This document shows positions 39,401 through 54,400 of a stretch of DNA of 64,000 bases, in pieces. Position numbers and translations under genes: made by a program. A model generated the notes under the pieces. That model ran no database searches, was not told the origin of the DNA, and worked only from the letters and a program-made list of their open reading frames with translations. The DNA comes from Macrostomum lignano. Lineage: Eukaryota. The stretch spans positions 62,001 to 126,000 of the forward strand of contig NIVC01001587.1 of the NCBI GenBank assembly GCA_002269645.1. Reading direction: 5' to 3'. Within the stretch, counting starts at the first letter, position 1; every line of letters starts with the position of its first letter.

Positions 39401-42400
39401 TTTCTCTCGGATGCTGTTGAGTTTGAGATGTTCTGTGTATGCGAATTTCTCTCGGATGCTGTTGAGTTTGAGGTGTTCTGTGTATGCGAATTCTCTCGGA
39501 TGCTGTTGAGTTTGAGATGTTCTGTGTATGCGAATTTCTCTCGGATGCTGTTGAGTTTGAGGTGTTCTGTGTATGCGAATTTCTCTCGGATGCTGTTGAG
39601 TTTGAGGTGTTCTGTGTATGCGAATTTCTCTCGGATGCTGTTGAGTTTGAGATGTTCTGTGTATGCGAATTTCTCTCGGATGCTGTTGAGTTTGAGGTGT
39701 TCTGTGTATGCGAATTCTCTCGGATGCTGTTGAGTTTGAGATGTTCTGTGTATGCGAATTTCTCTCGGATGCTGTTGAGTTTGAGGTGTTCTGTGTATGC
39801 GAATTTCTCTCGGATGCTGTTGAGTTTGAGGTGTTCTGTGTATGCGAATTCTCTCGGATGCTGTTGAGTTTGAGGTGTTCTGTGTATGCGAATTTCTCTC
39901 GGATGCTGTTGAGTTTGAGATGTTCTGTGTATGCGAATTTCTCTCGGATGCTGTTGAGTTTGAGGTGTTCTGTGTATGCGAATGTCTCTCGGATGCTGTT
40001 GAGTTTGAGATGTTCTGTGTATGCGAATTTCTCTCGGATGCTGTTGAGTTTGAGATGTTCTGTGTATGCGAATGTCTCTCGGATGCTGTTGAGTTTGAGT
40101 GTTCTGTGTATGCGAATTTCTCTCGGATGCTGTTGAGTTTGAGGTGTTCTGTGTATGCGAATTCTCTCGGATGCTGTTGAGTTTGAGATGTTCTGTGTAT
40201 GCGAATTCTCTCGGATGCTGTTGAGTTTGAGATGTTCTGTGTATGCGAATTTCTCTCGGATGCTGTTGAGTTTGAGGTGCTGTGTATGCGAATGTCTCTC
40301 GGATGCTGTTGAGTTTGAGATGTTCTGTGTATGCGAATTTCTCTCGGATGCTGTTGAGTTTGAGATGTTCTGTGTATGCGAATGTCTCTCGGATGCTGTT
40401 GAGTTTGAGGTTCTGTGTATGCGAATTCTCTCGGATGCTGTTGAGTTTGAGGTGTTCTGTGTATGCGAATTTCTCTCGGATGCTGTTGAGTTTGAGATGT
40501 TCTGTGTATGCGAATTCTCTCGGATGCTGTTGAGTTTGAGGTGTTCTGTGTATGCGAATTCTCTCGGATGCTGTTGAGTTTGAGGTGTTCTGTGTATGCG
40601 AATTCTCTCGGATGCTGTTGAGTTTGAGATGTTCTGTGTATGCGAATTTCTCTCGGATGCTGTTGAGTTTGAGGTGTTCTGTGTATGCGAATTCTCTCGG
40701 ATGCTGTTGAGTTTGAGATGTTCTGTGTATGCGAATTTCTCTCGGATGCTGTTGAGTTTGAGATGTTCTGTGTATGCGAATGTCTCTCGGATGCTGTTGA
40801 GTTTGAGGTGTTCTGTGTATGCGAATTTCTCTCGGATGCTGTTGAGTTTGAGGTGTTCTGTGTATGCGAATGTCTCTCGGATGCTGTTGAGTTTGAGATG
40901 TTCTGTGTATGCGAATTTCTCTCGGATGCTGTTGAGTTTAAGTTGCTGTGTATGCGAATGTCTCTCGGATGCTGTTGAGTTTGAGATGTTCTGTGTATGC
41001 GAATTTCTCTCGGATGCTGTTGAGTTTGAGTGTTCTGTGTATGCGAATTCTCTCGGATGCTGTTGAGTTTGAGATGTTCTGTGTATGCGAATGTCTCTCG
41101 GATGCTGTTGAGTTTGAGATGTTCTGTGTATGCGAATGTCTCTCGGATGCTGTTGAGTTTGAGATGTTCTGTGTATGCGAATGTCTCTCGGATGCTGTTG
41201 AGTTTGAGATGTTCTGTGTATGCGAATTTCTCTCGGATGCTGTTGAGTTTGAGGTGTTCTGTGTATGCGAATGTCTCTCGGATGCTGTTGAGTTTGAGAT
41301 GTTCTGTGTATGCGAATTTCTCTCGGATGCTGTTGAGTTTGAGGTGCTGTGTATGCGAATGTCTCTCGGATGCTGTTGAGTTTGAGATGTTCTGTGTATG
41401 CGAATTCTCTCGGATGCTGTTGAGTTTGAGGTGTTCTGTGTATGCGAATTTCTCTCGGATGCTGTTGAGTTTGAGATGTTCTGTGTATGCGAATTTCTCT
41501 CGGATGCTGTTGAGTTTGAGGTGTTCTGTGTATGCGAATGTCTCTCGGATGCTGTTGAGTTTGAGATGTTCTGTGTATGCGAATTCTCTCGGATGCTGTT
41601 GAGTTTGAGTGTTCTGTGTATGCGAATTCTCTCGGATGCTGTTGAGTTTGAGATGTTCTGTGTATGCGAATGTCTCTCGGATGCTGTTGAGTTTGAGATG
41701 TTCTGTGTATGCGAATTCTCTCGGATGCTGTTGAGTTTGAGATGTTCTGTGTATGCGAATGTCTCTCGGATGCTGTTGAGTTTGAGATGTTCTGTGTATG
41801 CGAATTTCTCTCGGATGCTGTTGAGTTTGAGGTGTTCTGTGTATGCGAATGTCTCTCGGATGCTGTTGAGTTTGAGATGTTCTGTGTATGCGAATTTCTC
41901 TCGGATGCTGTTGAGTTTGAGGTGCTGTGTATGCGAATGTCTCTCGGATGCTGTTGAGTTTGAGATGTTCTGTGTATGCGAATTCTCTCGGATGCTGTTG
42001 AGTTTGAGGTGTTCTGTGTATGCGAATTTCTCTCGGATGCTGTTGAGTTTGAGATGTTCTGTGTATGCGAATTCTCTCGGATGCTGTTGAGTTTGAGATG
42101 TTCTGTGTATGCGAATTTCTCTCGGATGCTGTTGAGTTTGAGGTGTTCTGTGTATGCGAATTTCTCTCGGATGCTGTTGAGTTTGAGATGTTCTGTGTAT
42201 GCGAATTTCTCTCGGATGCTGTTGAGTTTGAGGTGTTCTGTGTATGCGAATTCTCTCGGATGCTGTTGAGTTTGAGATGTTCTGTGTATGCGAATTCTCT
42301 CGGATGCTGTTGAGTTTGAGATGTTCTGTGTATGCGAATGTCTCTCGGATGCTGTTGAGTTTGAGGTGTTCTGTGTATGCGAATTTCTCTCGGATGCTGT

Positions 42401-45400
42401 TGAGTTTGAGGTGCTGTGTATGCGAATGTCTCTCGGATGCTGTTGAGTTTGAGATGTTCTGTGTATGCGAATGTCTCTCGGATGCTGTTGAGTTTGAGAT
42501 GTTCTGTGTATGCGAATTTCTCTCGGATGCTGTTGAGTTTGAGGTGTTCTGTGTATGCGAATGTCTCTCGGATGCTGTTGAGTTTGAGATGTTCTGTGTA
42601 TGCGAATTTCTCTCGGATGCTGTTGAGTTTGAGATGTTCTGTGTATGCGAATGTCTCTCGGATGCTGTTGAGTTTGAGGTTCTGTGTATGCGAATTCTCT
42701 CGGATGCTGTTGAGTTTGAGGTGTTCTGTGTATGCGAATTTCTCTCGGATGCTGTTGAGTTTGAGATGTTCTGTGTATGCGAATGTCTCTCGGATGCTGT
42801 TGAGTTTGAGGTGTTCTGTGTATGCGAATGTCTCTCGGATGCTGTTGAGTTTGAGGTGTTCTGTGTATGCGAATGTCTCTCGGATGCTGTTGAGTTTGAG
42901 ATGTTCTGTGTATGCGAATTTCTCTCGGATGCTGTTGAGTTTGAGATGTTCTGTGTATGCGAATTTCTCTCGGATGCTGTTGAGTTTGAGGTGTTCTGTG
43001 TATGCGAATTTCTCTCGGATGCTGTTGAGTTTGAGATGTTCTGTGTATGCGAATTTCTCTCGGATGCTGTTGAGTTTGAGGTGTTCTGTGTATGCGAATT
43101 TCTCTCGGATGCTGTTGAGTTTGAGATGTTCTGTGTATGCGAATTTCTCTCGGATGCTGTTGAGTTTGAGATGTTCTGTGTATGCGAATTTCTCTCGGAT
43201 GCTGTTGAGTTTGAGATGTTCTGTGTATGCGAATTTCTCTCGGATGCTGTTGAGTTTGAGGTGTTCTGTGTATGCGAATTTCTCTCGGATGCTGTTGAGT
43301 TTGAGGTGTTCTGTGTATGCGAATTTCTCTCGGATGCTGTTGAGTTTGAGATGTTCTGTGTATGCGAATTTCTCTCGGATGCTGTTGAGTTTGAGGTGTT
43401 CTGTGTATGCGAATTCTCTCGGATGCTGTTGAGTTTGAGATGTTCTGTGTATGCGAATTTCTCTCGGATGCTGTTGAGTTTGAGGTGTTCTGTGTATGCG
43501 AATTTCTCTCGGATGCTGTTGAGTTTGAGGTGTTCTGTGTATGCGAATTCTCTCGGATGCTGTTGAGTTTGAGGTGTTCTGTGTATGCGAATTTCTCTCG
43601 GATGCTGTTGAGTTTGAGATGTTCTGTGTATGCGAATTTCTCTCGGATGCTGTTGAGTTTGAGGTGTTCTGTGTATGCGAATTCTCTCGGATGCTGTTGA
43701 GTTTGAGATGTTCTGTGTATGCGAATTTCTCTCGGATGCTGTTGAGTTTGAGGTGTTCTGTGTATGCGAATGTCTCTCGGATGCTGTTGAGTTTGAGGTG
43801 TTCTGTGTATGCGAATTTCTCTCGGATGCTGTTGAGTTTGAGGTGTTCTGTGTATGCGAATGTCTCTCGGATGCTGTTGAGTTTGAGATGTTCTGTGTAT
43901 GCGAATGTCTCTCGGATGCTGTTGAGTTTGAGATGTTCTGTGTATGCGAATTTCTCTCGGATGCTGTTGAGTTTGAGGTGTTCTGTGTATGCGAATGTCT
44001 CTCGGATGCTGTTGAGTTTGAGATGTTCTGTGTATGCGAATTTCTCTCGGATGCTGTTGAGTTTGAGATGTTCTGTGTATGCGAATGTCTCTCGGATGCT
44101 GTTGAGTTTGAGGTGCTGTGTATGCGAATTCTCTCGGATGCTGTTGAGTTTGAGGTGTTCTGTGTATGCGAATTTCTCTCGGATGCTGTTGAGTTTGAGA
44201 TGTTCTGTGTATGCGAATTCTCTCGGATGCTGTTGAGTTTGAGGTGTTCTGTGTATGCGAATGTCTCTCGGATGCTGTTGAGTTTGAGGTGTTCTGTGTA
44301 TGCGAATTCTCTCGGATGCTGTTGAGTTTGAGATGTTCTGTGTATGCGAATTTCTCTCGGATGCTGTTGAGTTTGAGGTGTTCTGTGTATGCGAATTCTC
44401 TCGGATGCTGTTGAGTTTGAGATGTTCTGTGTATGCGAATTTCTCTCGGATGCTGTTGAGTTTGAGATGTTCTGTGTATGCGAATTCTCTCGGATGCTGT
44501 TGAGTTTGAGGTGTTCTGTGTATGCGAATTTCTCTCGGATGCTGTTGAGTTTGAGGTGTTCTGTGTATGCGAATGTCTCTCGGATGCTGTTGAGTTTGAG
44601 ATGTTCTGTGTATGCGAATTCTCTCGGATGCTGTTGAGTTTGAGTGTTCTGTGTATGCGAATGTTTCTCGGATGCTGTTGAGTTTGAGATGTTCTGTGTA
44701 TGCGAATTTCTCTCGGATGCTGTTGAGTTTAAGTTGCTGTGTATGCGAATGTCTCTCGGATGCTGTTGAGTTTGAGATGTTCTGTGTATGCGAATGTCTC
44801 TCGGATGCTGTTGAGTTTGAGATGTTCTGTGTATGCGAATGTCTCTCGGATGCTGTTGAGTTTGAGATGTTCTGTGTATGCGAATTCTCTCGGATGCTGT
44901 TGAGTTTGAGATGTTCTGTGTATGCGAATTCTCTCGGATGCTGTTGAGTTTGAGGTGTTCTGTGTATGCGAATGTCTCTCGGATGCTGTTGAGTTTGAGA
45001 TGTTCTGTGTATGCGAATTTCTCTCGGATGCTGTTGAGTTTGAGGTGTTCTGTGTATGCGAATTCTCTCGGATGCTGTTGAGTTTGAGATGTTCTGTGTA
45101 TGCGAATTTCTCTCGGATGCTGTTGAGTTTGAGGTGTTCTGTGTATGCGAATTCTCTCGGATGCTGTTGAGTTTGAGATGTTCTGTGTATGCGAATTTCT
45201 CTCGGATGCTGTTGAGTTTGAGATGTTCTGTGTATGCGAATTCTCTCGGATGCTGTTGAGTTTGAGGTGTTCTGTGTATGCGAATTTCTCTCGGATGCTG
45301 TTGAGTTTGAGATGTTCTGTGTATGCGAATTCTCTCGGATGCTGTTGAGTTTGAGGTGTTCTGTGTATGCGAATGTCTCTCGGATGCTGTTGAGTTTGAG

Positions 45401-48400
45401 ATGTTCTGTGTATGCGAATTCTCTCGGATGCTGTTGAGTTTGAGATGTTCTGTGTATGCGAATGTCTCTCGGATGCTGTTGAGTTTGAGATGTTCTGTGT
45501 ATGCGAATTCTCTCGGATGCTGTTGAGTTTGAGGTTCTGTGTATGCGAATTCTCTCGGATGCTGTTGAGTTTGAGATGTTCTGTGTATGCGAATGTCTCT
45601 CGGATGCTGTTGAGTTTGAGATGTTCTGTGTATGCGAATTCTCTCGGATGCTGTTGAGTTTGAGGTGTTCTGTGTATGCGAATTCTCTCGGATGCTGTTG
45701 AGTTTGAGATGTTCTGTGTATGCGAATTCTCTCGGATGCTGTTGAGTTTGAGATGTTCTGTGTATGCGAATGTCTCTCGGATGCTGTTGAGTTTGAGATG
45801 TTCTGTGTATGCGAATTCTCTCGGATGCTGTTGAGTTTGAGGTGTTCTGTGTATGCGAATTTCTCTCGGATGCTGTTGAGTTTGAGATGTTCTGTGTATG
45901 CGAATTCTCTCGGATGCTGTTGAGTTTGAGATGTTCTGTGTATGCGAATTCTCTCGGATGCTGTTGAGTTTGAGATGTTCTGTGTATGCGAATTCTCTCG
46001 GATGCTGTTGAGTTTGAGATGTTCTGTGTATGCGAATTCTCTCGGATGCTGTTGAGTTTGAGATGTTCTGTGTATGCGAATTTCTCTCGGATGCTGTTGA
46101 GTTTGAGATGTTCTGTGTATGCGAATTTCTCTCGGATGCTGTTGAGTTTGAGATGTTCTGTGTATGCGAATTTCTCTCGGATGCTGTTGAGTTTGAGATG
46201 TTCTGTGTATGCGAATTTCTCTCGGATGCTGTTGAGTTTGAGATGTTCTGTGTATGCGAATTCTCTCGGATGCTGTTGAGTTTGAGATGTTCTGTGTATG
46301 CGAATTCTCTCGGATGCTGTTGAGTTTGAGATGTTCTGTGTATGCGAATTCTCTCGGATGCTGTTGAGTTTGAGATGTTCTGTGTATGCGAATTCTCTCG
46401 GATGCTGTTGAGTTTGAGATGTTCTGTGTATGCGAATTTCTCTCGGATGCTGTTGAGTTTGAGATGTTCTGTGTATGCGAATTCTCTCGGATGCTGTTGA
46501 GTTTGAGATGTTCTGTGTATGCGAATTCTCTCGGATGCTGTTGAGTTTGAGATGTTCTGTGTATGCGAATTTCTCTCGGATGCTGTTGAGTTTGAGATGT
46601 TCTGTGTATGCGAATTTCTCTCGGATGCTGTTGAGTTTGAGATGTTCTGTGTATGCGAATTCTCTCGGATGCTGTTGAGTTTGAGATGTTCTGTGTATGC
46701 GAATTTCTCTCGGATGCTGTTGAGTTTGAGATGTTCTGTGTATGCGAATTTCTCTCGGATGCTGTTGAGTTTGAGGTGTTCTGTGTATGCGAATTCTCTC
46801 GGATGCTGTTGAGTTTGAGATGTTCTGTGTATGCGAATTCTCTCGGATGCTGTTGAGTTTGAGATGTTCTGTGTATGCGAATTCTCTCGGATGCTGTTGA
46901 GTTTGAGATGTTCTGTGTATGCGAATTTCTCTCGGATGCTGTTGAGTTTGAGGTGTTCTGTGTATGCGAATGTCTCTCGGATGCTGTTGAGTTTGAGATG
47001 TTCTGTGTATGCGAATGTCTCTCGGATGCTGTTGAGTTTGAGATGTTCTGTGTATGCGAATTCTCTCGGATGCTGTTGAGTTTGAGATGTTCTGTGTATG
47101 CGAATTCTCTCGGATGCTGTTGAGTTTGAGATGTTCTGTGTATGCGAATTCTCTCGGATGCTGTTGAGTTTGAGATGTTCTGTGTATGCGAATTCTCTCG
47201 GATGCTGTTGAGTTTGAGATGTTCTGTGTATGCGAATTCTCTCGGATGCTGTTGAGTTTGAGGTGTTCTGTGTATGCGAATTTCTCTCGGATGCTGTTGA
47301 GTTTGAGATGTTCTGTGTATGCGAATTTCTCTCGGATGCTGTTGAGTTTGAGGTGTTCTGTGTATGCGAATTTCTCTCGGATGCTGTTGAGTTTGAGGTG
47401 TTCTGTGTATGCGAATTCTCTCGGATGCTGTTGAGTTTGAGATGTTCTGTGTATGCGAATTTCTCTCGGATGCTGTTGAGTTTGAGATGTTCTGTGTATG
47501 CGAATTCTCTCGGATGCTGTTGAGTTTGAGATGTTCTGTGTATGCGAATTTCTCTCGGATGCTGTTGAGTTTGAGATGTTCTGTGTATGCGAATTTCTCT
47601 CGGATGCTGTTGAGTTTGAGATGTTCTGTGTATGCGAATTTCTCTCGGATGCTGTTGAGTTTGAGATGTTCTGTGTATGCGAATTTCTCTCGGATGCTGT
47701 TGAGTTTGAGGTGTTCTGTGTATGCGAATTTCTCTCGGATGCTGTTGAGTTTGAGATGTTCTGTGTATGCGAATTTCTCTCGGATGCTGTTGAGTTTGAG
47801 GTGTTCTGTGTATGCGAATTTCTCTCGGATGCTGTTGAGTTTGAGGTGTTCTGTGTATGCGAATTTCTCTCGGATGCTGTTGAGTTTGAGATGTTCTGTG
47901 TATGCGAATTTCTCTCGGATGCTGTTGAGTTTGAGGTGTTCTGTGTATGCGAATTTCTCTCGGATGCTGTTGAGTTTGAGATGTTCTGTGTATGCGAATT
48001 TCTCTCGGATGCTGTTGAGTTTGAGGTGTTCTGTGTATGCGAATTTCTCTCGGATGCTGTTGAGTTTGAGGTGTTCTGTGTATGCGAATTCTCTCGGATG
48101 CTGTTGAGTTTGAGGTGTTCTGTGTATGCGAATTTCTCTCGGATGCTGTTGAGTTTGAGATGTTCTGTGTATGCGAATTCTCTCGGATGCTGTTGAGTTT
48201 GAGGTGTTCTGTGTATGCGAATGTCTCTCGGATGCTGTTGAGTTTGAGATGTTCTGTGTATGCGAATTTCTCTCGGATGCTGTTGAGTTTGAGGTGTTCT
48301 GTGTATGCGAATTCTCTCGGATGCTGTTGAGTTTGAGGTGTTCTGTGTATGCGAATTCTCTCGGATGCTGTTGAGTTTGAGGTGTTCTGTGTATGCGAAT

Positions 48401-51400
48401 TCTCTCGGATGCTGTTGAGTTTGAGATGTTCTGTGTATGCGAATTCTCTCGGATGCTGTTGAGTTTGAGATGTTCTGTGTATGCGAATTCTCTCGGATGC
48501 TGTTGAGTTTGAGGTGTTCTGTGTATGCGAATTCTCTCGGATGCTGTTGAGTTTGAGGTGTTCTGTGTATGCGAATTCTCTCGGATGCTGTTGAGTTTGA
48601 GATGTTCTGTGTATGCGAATTCTCTCGGATGCTGTTGAGTTTGAGGTGTTCTGTGTATGCGAATTCTCTCGGATGCTGTTGAGTTTGAGGTGTTCTGTGT
48701 ATGCGAATTCTCTCGGATGCTGTTGAGTTTGAGGTGTTCTGTGTATGCGAATGTCTCTCGGATGCTGTTGAGTTTGAGATGTTCTGTGTATGCGAATTCT
48801 CTCGGATGCTGTTGAGTTTGAGGTGTTCTGTGTATGCGAATTCTCTCGGATGCTGTTGAGTTTGAGGTGTTCTGTGTATGCGAATTTCTCTCGGATGCTG
48901 TTGAGTTTGAGGTGTTCTGTGTATGCGAATTCTCTCGGATGCTGTTGAGTTTGAGATGTTCTGTGTATGCGAATTCTCTCGGATGCTGTTGAGTTTGAGG
49001 TGTTCTGTGTATGCGAATTCTCTCGGATGCTGTTGAGTTTGAGGTGTTCTGTGTATGCGAATTCTCTCGGATGCTGTTGAGTTTGAGGTGTTCTGTGTAT
49101 GCGAATTCTCTCGGATGCTGTTGAGTTTGAGATGTTCTGTGTATGCGAATTCTCTCGGATGCTGTTGAGTTTGAGGTGTTCTGTGTATGCGAATTCTCTC
49201 GGATGCTGTTGAGTTTGAGGTGTTCTGTGTATGCGAATTTCTCTCGGATGCTGTTGAGTTTGAGGTGTTCTGTGTATGCGAATGTCTCTCGGATGCTGTT
49301 GAGTTTGAGATGTTCTGTGTATGCGAATTCTCTCGGATGCTGTTGAGTTTGAGATGTTCTGTGTATGCGAATTCTCTCGGATGCTGTTGAGTTTGAGATG
49401 TTCTGTGTATGCGAATTCTCTCGGATGCTGTTGAGTTTGAGGTGTTCTGTGTATGCGAATTTCTCTCGGATGCTGTTGAGTTTGAGGTGTTCTGTGTATG
49501 CGAATTCTCTCGGATGCTGTTGAGTTTGAGGTGTTCTGTGTATGCGAATTCTCTCGGATGCTGTTGAGTTTGAGGTGTTCTGTGTATGCGAATGTCTCTC
49601 GGATGCTGTTGAGTTTGAGATGTTCTGTGTATGCGAATGTCTCTCGGATGCTGTTGAGTTTGAGGTGTTCTGTGTATGCGAATTCTCTCGGATGCTGTTG
49701 AGTTTGAGATGTTCTGTGTATGCGAATGTCTCTCGGATGCTGTTGAGTTTGAGGTGTTCTGTGTATGCGAATTCTCTCGGATGCTGTTGAGTTTGAGGTG
49801 TTCTGTGTATGCGAATTCTCTCGGATGCTGTTGAGTTTGAGATGTTCTGTGTATGCGAATTCTCTCGGATGCTGTTGAGTTTGAGGTGTTCTGTGTATGC
49901 GAATTCTCTCGGATGCTGTTGAGTTTGAGATGTTCTGTGTATGCGAATTTCTCTCGGATGCTGTTGAGTTTGAGGTGTTCTGTGTATGCGAATTCTCTCG
50001 GATGCTGTTGAGTTTGAGATGTTCTGTGTATGCGAATTTCTCTCGGATGCTGTTGAGTTTGAGGTGTTCTGTGTATGCGAATTTCTCTCGGATGCTGTTG
50101 AGTTTGAGATGTTCTGTGTATGCGAATTTCTCTCGGATGCTGTTGAGTTTGAGGTGTTCTGTGTATGCGAATTTCTCTCGGATGCTGTTGAGTTTGAGGT
50201 GTTCTGTGTATGCGAATTTCTCTCGGATGCTGTTGAGTTTGAGATGTTCTGTGTATGCGAATTTCTCTCGGATGCTGTTGAGTTTGAGGTGTTCTGTGTA
50301 TGCGAATTCTCTCGGATGCTGTTGAGTTTGAGATGTTCTGTGTATGCGAATTCTCTCGGATGCTGTTGAGTTTGAGGTGTTCTGTGTATGCGAATTTCTC
50401 TCGGATGCTGTTGAGTTTGAGGTGTTCTGTGTATGCGAATGTCTCTCGGATGCTGTTGAGTTTGAGATGTTCTGTGTATGCGAATGTCTCTCGGATGCTG
50501 TTGAGTTTGAGATGTTCTGTGTATGCGAATTCTCTCGGATGCTGTTGAGTTTGAGGTGTTCTGTGTATGCGAATGTCTCTCGGATGCTGTTGAGTTTGAG
50601 GTGTTCTGTGTATGCGAATTTCTCTCGGATGCTGTTGAGTTTGAGGTGTTCTGTGTATGCGAATTCTCTCGGATGCTGTTGAGTTTGAGGTGTTCTGTGT
50701 ATGCGAATGTCTCTCGGATGCTGTTGAGTTTGAGATGTTCTGTGTATGCGAATTCTCTCGGATGCTGTTGAGTTTGAGGTGTTCTGTGTATGCGAATGTC
50801 TCTCGGATGCTGTTGAGTTTGAGATGTTCTGTGTATGCGAATGTCTCTCGGATGCTGTTGAGTTTGAGATGTTCTGTGTATGCGAATTCTCTCGGATGCT
50901 GTTGAGTTTGAGATGTTCTGTGTATGCGAATTCTCTCGGATGCTGTTGAGTTTGAGGTGTTCTGTGTATGCGAATTTCTCTCGGATGCTGTTGAGTTTGA
51001 GGTGTTCTGTGTATGCGAATGTCTCTCGGATGCTGTTGAGTTTGAGATGTTCTGTGTATGCGAATTCTCTCGGATGCTGTTGAGTTTGAGGTGTTCTGTG
51101 TATGCGAATGTCTCTCGGATGCTGTTGAGTTTGAGGTGTTCTGTGTATGCGAATTTCTCTCGGATGCTGTTGAGTTTGAGGTGTTCTGTGTATGCGAATT
51201 CTCTCGGATGCTGTTGAGTTTGAGGTGTTCTGTGTATGCGAATGTCTCTCGGATGCTGTTGAGTTTGAGATGTTCTGTGTATGCGAATTTCTCTCGGATG
51301 CTGTTGAGTTTGAGGTTCTGTGTATGCGAATTTCTCTCGGATGCTGTTGAGTTTGAGGTGTTCTGTGTATGCGAATTTCTCTCGGATGCTGTTGAGTTTG

Positions 51401-54400
51401 AGATGTTCTGTGTATGCGAATTTCTCTCGGATGCTGTTGAGTTTGAGGTGTTCTGTGTATGCGAATGTCTCTCGGATGCTGTTGAGTTTGAGGTGTTCTG
51501 TGTATGCGAATTTCTCTCGGATGCTGTTGAGTTTGAGGTGTTCTGTGTATGCGAATTCTCTCGGATGCTGTTGAGTTTGAGGTGTTCTGTGTATGCGAAT
51601 GTCTCTCGGATGCTGTTGAGTTTGAGATGTTCTGTGTATGCGAATTTCTCTCGGATGCTGTTGAGTTTGAGATGTTCTGTGTATGCGAATTTCTCTCGGA
51701 TGCTGTTGAGTTTGAGGTGTTCTGTGTATGCGAATTTCTCTCGGATGCTGTTGAGTTTGAGGTGTTCTGTGTATGCGAATTTCTCTCGGATGCTGTTGAG
51801 TTTGAGGTGTTCTGTGTATGCGAATTTCTCTCGGATGCTGTTGAGTTTGAGGTGTTCTGTGTATGCGAATTCTCTCGGATGCTGTTGAGTTTGAGGTGTT
51901 CTGTGTATGCGAATTCTCTCGGATGCTGTTGAGTTTGAGGTGTTCTGTGTATGCGAATGTCTCTCGGATGCTGTTGAGTTTGAGGTGTTCTGTGTATGCG
52001 AATGTCTCTCGGATGCTGTTGAGTTTGAGGTGTTCTGTGTATGCGAATGTCTCTCGGATGCTGTTGAGTTTGAGGTGTTCTGTGTATGCGAATGTCTCTC
52101 GGATGCTGTTGAGTTTGAGATGTTCTGTGTATGCGAATTTCTCTCGGATGCTGTTGAGTTTGAGGTGTTCTGTGTATGCGAATGTCTCTCGGATGCTGTT
52201 GAGTTTGAGGTGTTCTGTGTATGCGAATTTCTCTCGGATGCTGTTGAGTTTGAGGTGTTCTGTGTATGCGAATGTCTCTCGGATGCTGTTGAGTTTGAGA
52301 TGTTCTGTGTATGCGAATGTCTCTCGGATGCTGTTGAGTTTGAGATGTTCTGTGTATGCGAATTCTCTCGGATGCTGTTGAGTTTGAGGTGTTCTGTGTA
52401 TGCGAATTTCTCTCGGATGCTGTTGAGTTTGAGGTGTTCTGTGTATGCGAATGTCTCTCGGATGCTGTTGAGTTTGAGATGTTCTGTGTATGCGAATGTC
52501 TCTCGGATGCTGTTGAGTTTGAGATGTTCTGTGTATGCGAATTTCTCTCGGATGCTGTTGAGTTTGAGGTGTTCTGTGTATGCGAATGTCTCTCGGATGC
52601 TGTTGAGTTTGAGGTGTTCTGTGTATGCGAATGTCTCTCGGATGCTGTTGAGTTTGAGATGTTCTGTGTATGCGAATTTCTCTCGGATGCTGTTGAGTTT
52701 GAGGTGTTCTGTGTATGCGAATGTCTCTCGGATGCTGTTGAGTTTGAGGTGTTCTGTGTATGCGAATTCTCTCGGATGCTGTTGAGTTTGAGGTGTTCTG
52801 TGTATGCGAATGTCTCTCGGATGCTGTTGAGTTTGAGATGTTCTGTGTATGCGAATTTCTCTCGGATGCTGTTGAGTTTGAGATGTTCTGTGTATGCGAA
52901 TTTCTCTCGGATGCTGTTGAGTTTGAGGTGTTCTGTGTATGCGAATGTCTCTCGGATGCTGTTGAGTTTGAGGTGTTCTGTGTATGCGAATGTCTCTCGG
53001 ATGCTGTTGAGTTTGAGGTGTTCTGTGTATGCGAATGTCTCTCGGATGCTGTTGAGTTTGAGGTGTTCTGTGTATGCGAATGTCTCTCGGATGCTGTTGA
53101 GTTTGAGGTGTTCTGTGTATGCGAATTTCTCTCGGATGCTGTTGAGTTTGAGGTGCTGTGTATGCGAATGTCTCTCGGATGCTGTTGAGTTTGAGGTGTT
53201 CTGTGTATGCGAATGTCTCTCGGATGCTGTTGAGTTTGAGATGTTCTGTGTATGCGAATTTCTCTCGGATGCTGTTGAGTTTGAGATGTTCTGTGTATGC
53301 GAATTTCTCTCGGATGCTGTTGAGTTTGAGGTGTTCTGTGTATGCGAATTTCTCTCGGATGCTGTTGAGTTTGAGGTGTTCTGTGTATGCGAATGTCTCT
53401 CGGATGCTGTTGAGTTTGAGGTGTTCTGTGTATGCGAATGTCTCTCGGATGCTGTTGAGTTTGAGGTGTTCTGTGTATGCGAATTTCTCTCGGATGCTGT
53501 TGAGTTTGAGGTGTTCTGTGTATGCGAATTTCTCTCGGATGCTGTTGAGTTTGAGGTGTTCTGTGTATGCGAATTTCTCTCGGATGCTGTTGAGTTTGAG
53601 GTGTTCTGTGTATGCGAATTTCTCTCGGATGCTGTTGAGTTTGAGGTGTTCTGTGTATGCGAATGTCTCTCGGATGCTGTTGAGTTTGAGATGTTCTGTG
53701 TATGCGAATGTCTCTCGGATGCTGTTGAGTTTGAGATGTTCTGTGTATGCGAATTTCTCTCGGATGCTGTTGAGTTTGAGGTGTTCTGTGTATGCGAATG
53801 TCTCTCGGATGCTGTTGAGTTTGAGGTGTTCTGTGTATGCGAATGTCTCTCGGATGCTGTTGAGTTTGAGATGTTCTGTGTATGCGAATTTCTCTCGGAT
53901 GCTGTTGAGTTTGAGGTGTTCTGTGTATGCGAATGTCTCTCGGATGCTGTTGAGTTTGAGGTGTTCTGTGTATGCGAATTTCTCTCGGATGCTGTTGAGT
54001 TTGAGGTGTTCTGTGTATGCGAATGTCTCTCGGATGCTGTTGAGTTTGAGATGTTCTGTGTATGCGAATGTCTCTCGGATGCTGTTGAGTTTGAGATGTT
54101 CTGTGTATGCGAATTTCTCTCGGATGCTGTTGAGTTTGAGATGTTCTGTGTATGCGAATTTCTCTCGATGCTGTTGAGTTTGAGGTGTTCTGTGTATGCG
54201 AATTTCTCTCGGATGCTGTTGAGTTTGAGGTGTTCTGTGTATGCGAATTTCTCTCGATGCTGTTGAGTTTGAGGTGTTCTGTGTATGCGAATTTCTCTCG
54301 ATGCTGTTGAGTTTGAGGTGTTCTGTGTATGCGAATGTCTCTCGGATGCTGTTGAGTTTGAGGTGTTCTGTGTATGCGAATGTCTCTCGATGCTGTTGAG

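Noticed and set aside
6733-39867. Many long ORFs over minisatellites ([31 protein letters not shown])
   Set aside because: Periodic translations of intronic or intergenic repeats, open in several frames; no splice or homology support
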